Assembly: GCA_903934035.1 (NCBI GenBank) | Contig: CAIZMK010000056.1 | Span: 3,039-67,038, forward strand | Direction: 5' to 3' | From: an uncultured Methylococcaceae bacterium | GTDB taxonomy: Bacteria > Pseudomonadota > Gammaproteobacteria > Methylococcales > Methylomonadaceae | DNA length: 64,000 nucleotides | Part shown: in pieces, positions 61,195-64,000 of the stretch | How the letters are laid out: the number at the start of each line of letters is the position of its first letter | Position numbering within the stretch: position 1 is the stretch's first letter | Program-made: the position numbers and the translations under genes | The notes under the pieces: model-generated | Databases searched by the model: none | What the model saw: the letters and a program-made list of their open reading frames with translations, nothing else | Told to the model about the DNA's origin: nothing

Positions 61195-62247
61195 CTACGA
61201 CGAAAAGTACCTACGAAAGAAAAACGCCACATTAACCAAGGCTATCATCGCCGGCACTTCGATCAAGGGCCCTATGACCGCCGCGAACGCAGCACCACTA
61301 TCGATACCAAATACTGCAATGGCTACAGCGATAGCTAATTCAAAATTATTACTGGCGGCCGTGAAAGCTAAGGTAGTGGTCTTACCATAATCAGCACCCA
61401 CCGCTTTACCCATCGCGAAGCTGAGCAAAAACATGCTTACAAAATAAATCAACATCGGCATAGCGATACGCACTACGTCCATCGGCAATTGGACGATCAA
61501 TTGACCTTTTAATGAAAACATCACCACTATGGTAAATAATAAAGCAATCAACGTTAACGGACTAATTTTAGGTATGAAAACCTGCTGATACCAGTCTTTA
61601 CCTTTAGCACGAATAAGCATAAAGCGCGTCAAGAATCCCGCCATAAAAGGAATACCTAAATAGATGAACACGCTTTGTGCAATATCAGCGATACTGATAG
61701 CAACGCTGTGACCTTCTAACCCTAACAAAGGAGGCAGTACGGTAATAAACAACCAAGCGTAAACACTGTAAAACAAAACCTGGAACACGCTGTTAAAGGC
61801 GACTAAGCCAGCGGCATATTCATTATCGCCCTGCGCTAATTCATTCCAGACGATCACCATAGCAATACATCTAGCTAGGCCAATCAAAATTAAACCGGTC
61901 ATGTATTCAGGATAATCACGCAGAAAAATAATCGCCAAAGCGAACATTAACAGAGGCCCAATTAGCCAGTTCTGCACTAACGATACGCCTAAGATCTTGC
62001 CATTACGAAATACTGCACCCAGTTCCTCGTAATGCACTTTGGCTAAAGGTGGGTACATCATTAAAACTAAACCAATGGCAATTGGGATATTGGTCGTGCC
62101 CAGCGAAACCTTAGTATTTAAGTCACTCACTTCAATAGGAAAAGCATAGCCGAGACTGACGCCCACAGCCATGGCGATAAATATCCATAGCGTTAGATAA
62201 CGGTCGAGAAAAGCTAAATGTACTTTGGGGGTATTTTTTAGGTTCAT
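61195..62247 (-). CDS. acr3: Acr3 arsenite efflux transporter
   Basis: [48 protein letters not shown]. Confidence 0.96.
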   Translation of the reverse strand: MNLKNTPKVHLAFLDRYLTLWIFIAMAVGVSLGYAFPIEVSDLNTKVSLGTTNIPIAIGLVLMMYPPLAKVHYEELGAVFRNGKILGVSLVQNWLIGPLLMFALAIIFLRDYPEYMTGLILIGLARCIAMVIVWNELAQGDNEYAAGLVAFNSVFQVLFYSVYAWLFITVLPPLLGLEGHSVAISIADIAQSVFIYLGIPFMAGFLTRFMLIRAKGKDWYQQVFIPKISPLTLIALLFTIVVMFSLKGQLIVQLPMDVVRIAMPMLIYFVSMFLLSFAMGKAVGADYGKTTTLAFTAASNNFELAIAVAIAVFGIDSGAAFAAVIGPLIEVPAMIALVNVAFFFRRYFSS

Positions 62248-62253
62248 AAGTTT

Positions 62254-62733
62254 CTAAGGAATGAGTGTACCAATACGATCTAATTCAGCTTTTAGCCTAG
62301 CAGGATCTTTTTGTAATTCAGCAAGAGGCAGCGCCAAAAATTGCTCGATACGATGGCGAAGTATTTTATAAGCCTTCATAAAAGCGGCTTTAATTTCTTC
62401 TTCAGTCCCCTCTGCATGAGACGGATCTTCCACACCCCAATGACTACGCATAACTTGGCCTAAATAAACAGGGCAGGTTTCATTAGCGGCATTGCCACAA
62501 ACACTCAGAACGATATCAGGCGTCACGGTAAGATCATTCCAAGATTTACTGAAATAGCCCTCAATAGAAATACCCTCTCGCTCAAGGAGCGCCAAGGCGC
62601 CGGCATTTAGTCGGCCTAGAGGTTTACTACCTGCACTAATGGCATGCAAGCCCTCTGGCGCAAGATGATTGAAAGTGGCTTCGCCAATCAGAGATCGGCA
62701 AGAATTACCCGTGCAAAGGAATAATACATTCAT
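62254..62733 (-). CDS. arsC: Arsenate reductase, LMW-PTP fold
   Basis: LFLCTGNSCRS P-loop, HWGVEDP. Confidence 0.93.
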   Translation of the reverse strand: MNVLFLCTGNSCRSLIGEATFNHLAPEGLHAISAGSKPLGRLNAGALALLEREGISIEGYFSKSWNDLTVTPDIVLSVCGNAANETCPVYLGQVMRSHWGVEDPSHAEGTEEEIKAAFMKAYKILRHRIEQFLALPLAELQKDPARLKAELDRIGTLIP

Positions 62734-62761
62734 AATGGTTCACTCATTATATTTAAAGAAA

Positions 62762-63100
62762 TCAGACAGCATCACAGCAAGACGACGCCTTGTTCGGTTC
62801 AAAGCATGATTCAGGATCAGCCGAGCAACATTCTGCAGTTAAATAATCAATAAGCGCTTGCATCAACGTTAATTGAGCGCGATAACGTTGATAGCGTCCT
62901 TCTTGGGTGACATTGATTAAACCAGCATGAGTCATCGCTTTGAGATGAAAAGATAGATTGTTGGGTGGTAATTCCAAAAGGCTAGCAATTTCACCAGCGA
63001 CTAGACCCGTAGGTGCATGTTTAACCAACAAGCGAAACACATCCAAGCGAATGCCGGAAGCAAGGGATTCAAATATTTTTGTAGCGTGTAGTTTATCCAT
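62762..63100 (-). CDS. arsR: ArsR repressor with C-terminal cysteine site
   Basis: Winged-HTH (RLDVFRLL, LSFHLKAM...GLI), C-terminal ECCSADPESC...SSCC. Confidence 0.93.
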   Translation of the reverse strand: MDKLHATKIFESLASGIRLDVFRLLVKHAPTGLVAGEIASLLELPPNNLSFHLKAMTHAGLINVTQEGRYQRYRAQLTLMQALIDYLTAECCSADPESCFEPNKASSCCDAV

Positions 63101-63106
63101 AGATCA

Positions 63107-63135
63107 ACTATACAACAATATTTGAAATATTGAAA
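63107..63135 (-). promoter_or_regulatory. ars promoter/operator
   Basis: -10 TATAGT (63107-63112) 6 nt before the ATG; palindrome CAATATTT-G-AAATATTG at 63116-63132. Confidence 0.6.
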
Positions 63136-63164
63136 TAAGGGCGTTGCAATTATGTACCTATGGG

Positions 63165-63324
63165 CATAGGTATCTACACGAGTTTCTTATCGGCGTGCAA
63201 ACGACAAAAAACACCGTAGGGGCGTATTGCATACGCCCAACATTGAAAGTCCAATGTTATAGAGCTTATTTTATAAGGGCGTATGCAATACGCCCCTACG
63301 ATCTTATCTTGCGTGGGAATGCTA
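63165..63324. mobile_element. One-ended copy of the IS50-like MITE with REPIN, opposite orientation to 16874-17075
   Basis: CATAGGTATCTACACGAGTTTCTTATC...CACCGTAGGGGCGTATTGCATACGCCC...CTTGCGTGGGAA matches the reverse complement of the 16.9-kb copy; second TIR absent. Confidence 0.8.
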
Positions 63325-63339
63325 GTTTTTAAGAAAATG

Positions 63340-63948
63340 CTAAGGCGTACAGTTGACAACAACTTCATTACTAAAGCTACCTATCTCTTTATCTTTCAAG
63401 ACATAAACAGCACTGTAACGACGTAATTCTGGCTTACCTAATTGCAATAGGGGGCGCACATCCATAAAAGGTGAAACGCTGGCTCGATGCAACAACTGCC
63501 AATCGACATCAGCACCTCGCATACTATAAATATTAACGCCATCACTGTTATATTTACTGAAATTTAAAGCAACCACTCCATCTGCCAAGTCATTTCCACT
63601 TAATTCTGGAATAGAGGTGCTGAGATCATGATTATTTTTTGTGCCCACAATATTCAGCTGAGCACCTAAGCCATCACTATAAGTAGACCTTGCTTTAATC
63701 CTGCGAACCTCCGCCCTAATTAAGCTTTCTGTATTGTTACGGCTAGCATTTTTGTCGATAGTCGCTTGTTTAGCTAAAGCATTTGAATCATTTAGATGAG
63801 CAATCTTAGCGTGAAAATCAGCACTGGCGGCTTTCAATGCCTCTAAATCAGTGACAGCAATTTCTGTATCACTACTCATTTGTGCTAAAAAATGATCGGA
63901 CCAGACCAAAAGATCATTATCGGCAGTTGGGATAAAATCAGACATCAT
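63340..63948 (-). CDS. Hypothetical protein: N-terminal helical region plus C-terminal FN3/Ig-like beta domain
   Basis: FIPTADNDLLVWSDHF helical N-terminus; DGVNIYSMRG...W.LL...SPFMDVRP...RRYSAVYV...GSFSNEVVV beta-rich C-terminus. Confidence 0.65.
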   Translation of the reverse strand: MMSDFIPTADNDLLVWSDHFLAQMSSDTEIAVTDLEALKAASADFHAKIAHLNDSNALAKQATIDKNASRNNTESLIRAEVRRIKARSTYSDGLGAQLNIVGTKNNHDLSTSIPELSGNDLADGVVALNFSKYNSDGVNIYSMRGADVDWQLLHRASVSPFMDVRPLLQLGKPELRRYSAVYVLKDKEIGSFSNEVVVNCTP

Positions 63949-64000
63949 AAATTCCTTAAATTAGATCAATAAATAGTGATGCAGCAGACTAAGTAACCTT

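Noticed and set aside
6304-61390. Numerous 60-140 aa ORFs overlapping long genes in other frames or antisense (e.g. 12881-13114, 42443-42874, 57189-57575)
   Set aside because: Fully nested in well-supported genes, with no recognisable motifs; expected shadow ORFs.

Overview
AT-rich chromosomal segment from a gammaproteobacterial (type I, Methylococcales-like) methanotroph, identified by an intact pmoCAB operon (34345-37294, minus strand) with its sigma70 promoter and terminator. Left to right: a truncated serA-like gene; a membrane/spermidine-synthase-like fusion; cspA plus an RRM protein; a sigma54-type promoter ahead of a phosphorylase-kinase-alpha-like GH15 gene and glucokinase; a 14-kb co-oriented cluster with two circularly permuted ATP-grasp ligases, two alpha-E domains, three transglutaminase-like domains, a DUF2126 amidoligase and Anbu protease, which also contains a citrate synthase and a ParA/MinD-like NTPase and sits behind a sigma54 promoter with tandem NtrC-type boxes; a non-coding 368-bp array of alternating 20/21-bp units ahead of an orphan helical+FN3-like gene; housekeeping genes (rnt, yraP/diaA/yraN, rsmI, rnpB, dnaB, alr); two paralogous small secreted helical proteins just downstream of pmoB; a RIO kinase, a flavoprotein, MscK-like channel, hemCDXY, uppP, rho, trxA, rhlB, yrfG, nudE; czcCBA plus a PII-like gene; a J-domain protein; arsR-arsC-acr3; and a second helical+FN3-like gene. 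Intergenic regions are dense with several GTAG-type REP/REPIN families and two MITE families, including a nested REP > MITE > IS50-like MITE > REPIN structure with a visible 9-bp target duplication. No CRISPR, tRNA, rRNA or intact transposase was seen. All family calls come from motif recognition by eye; no searches were run.
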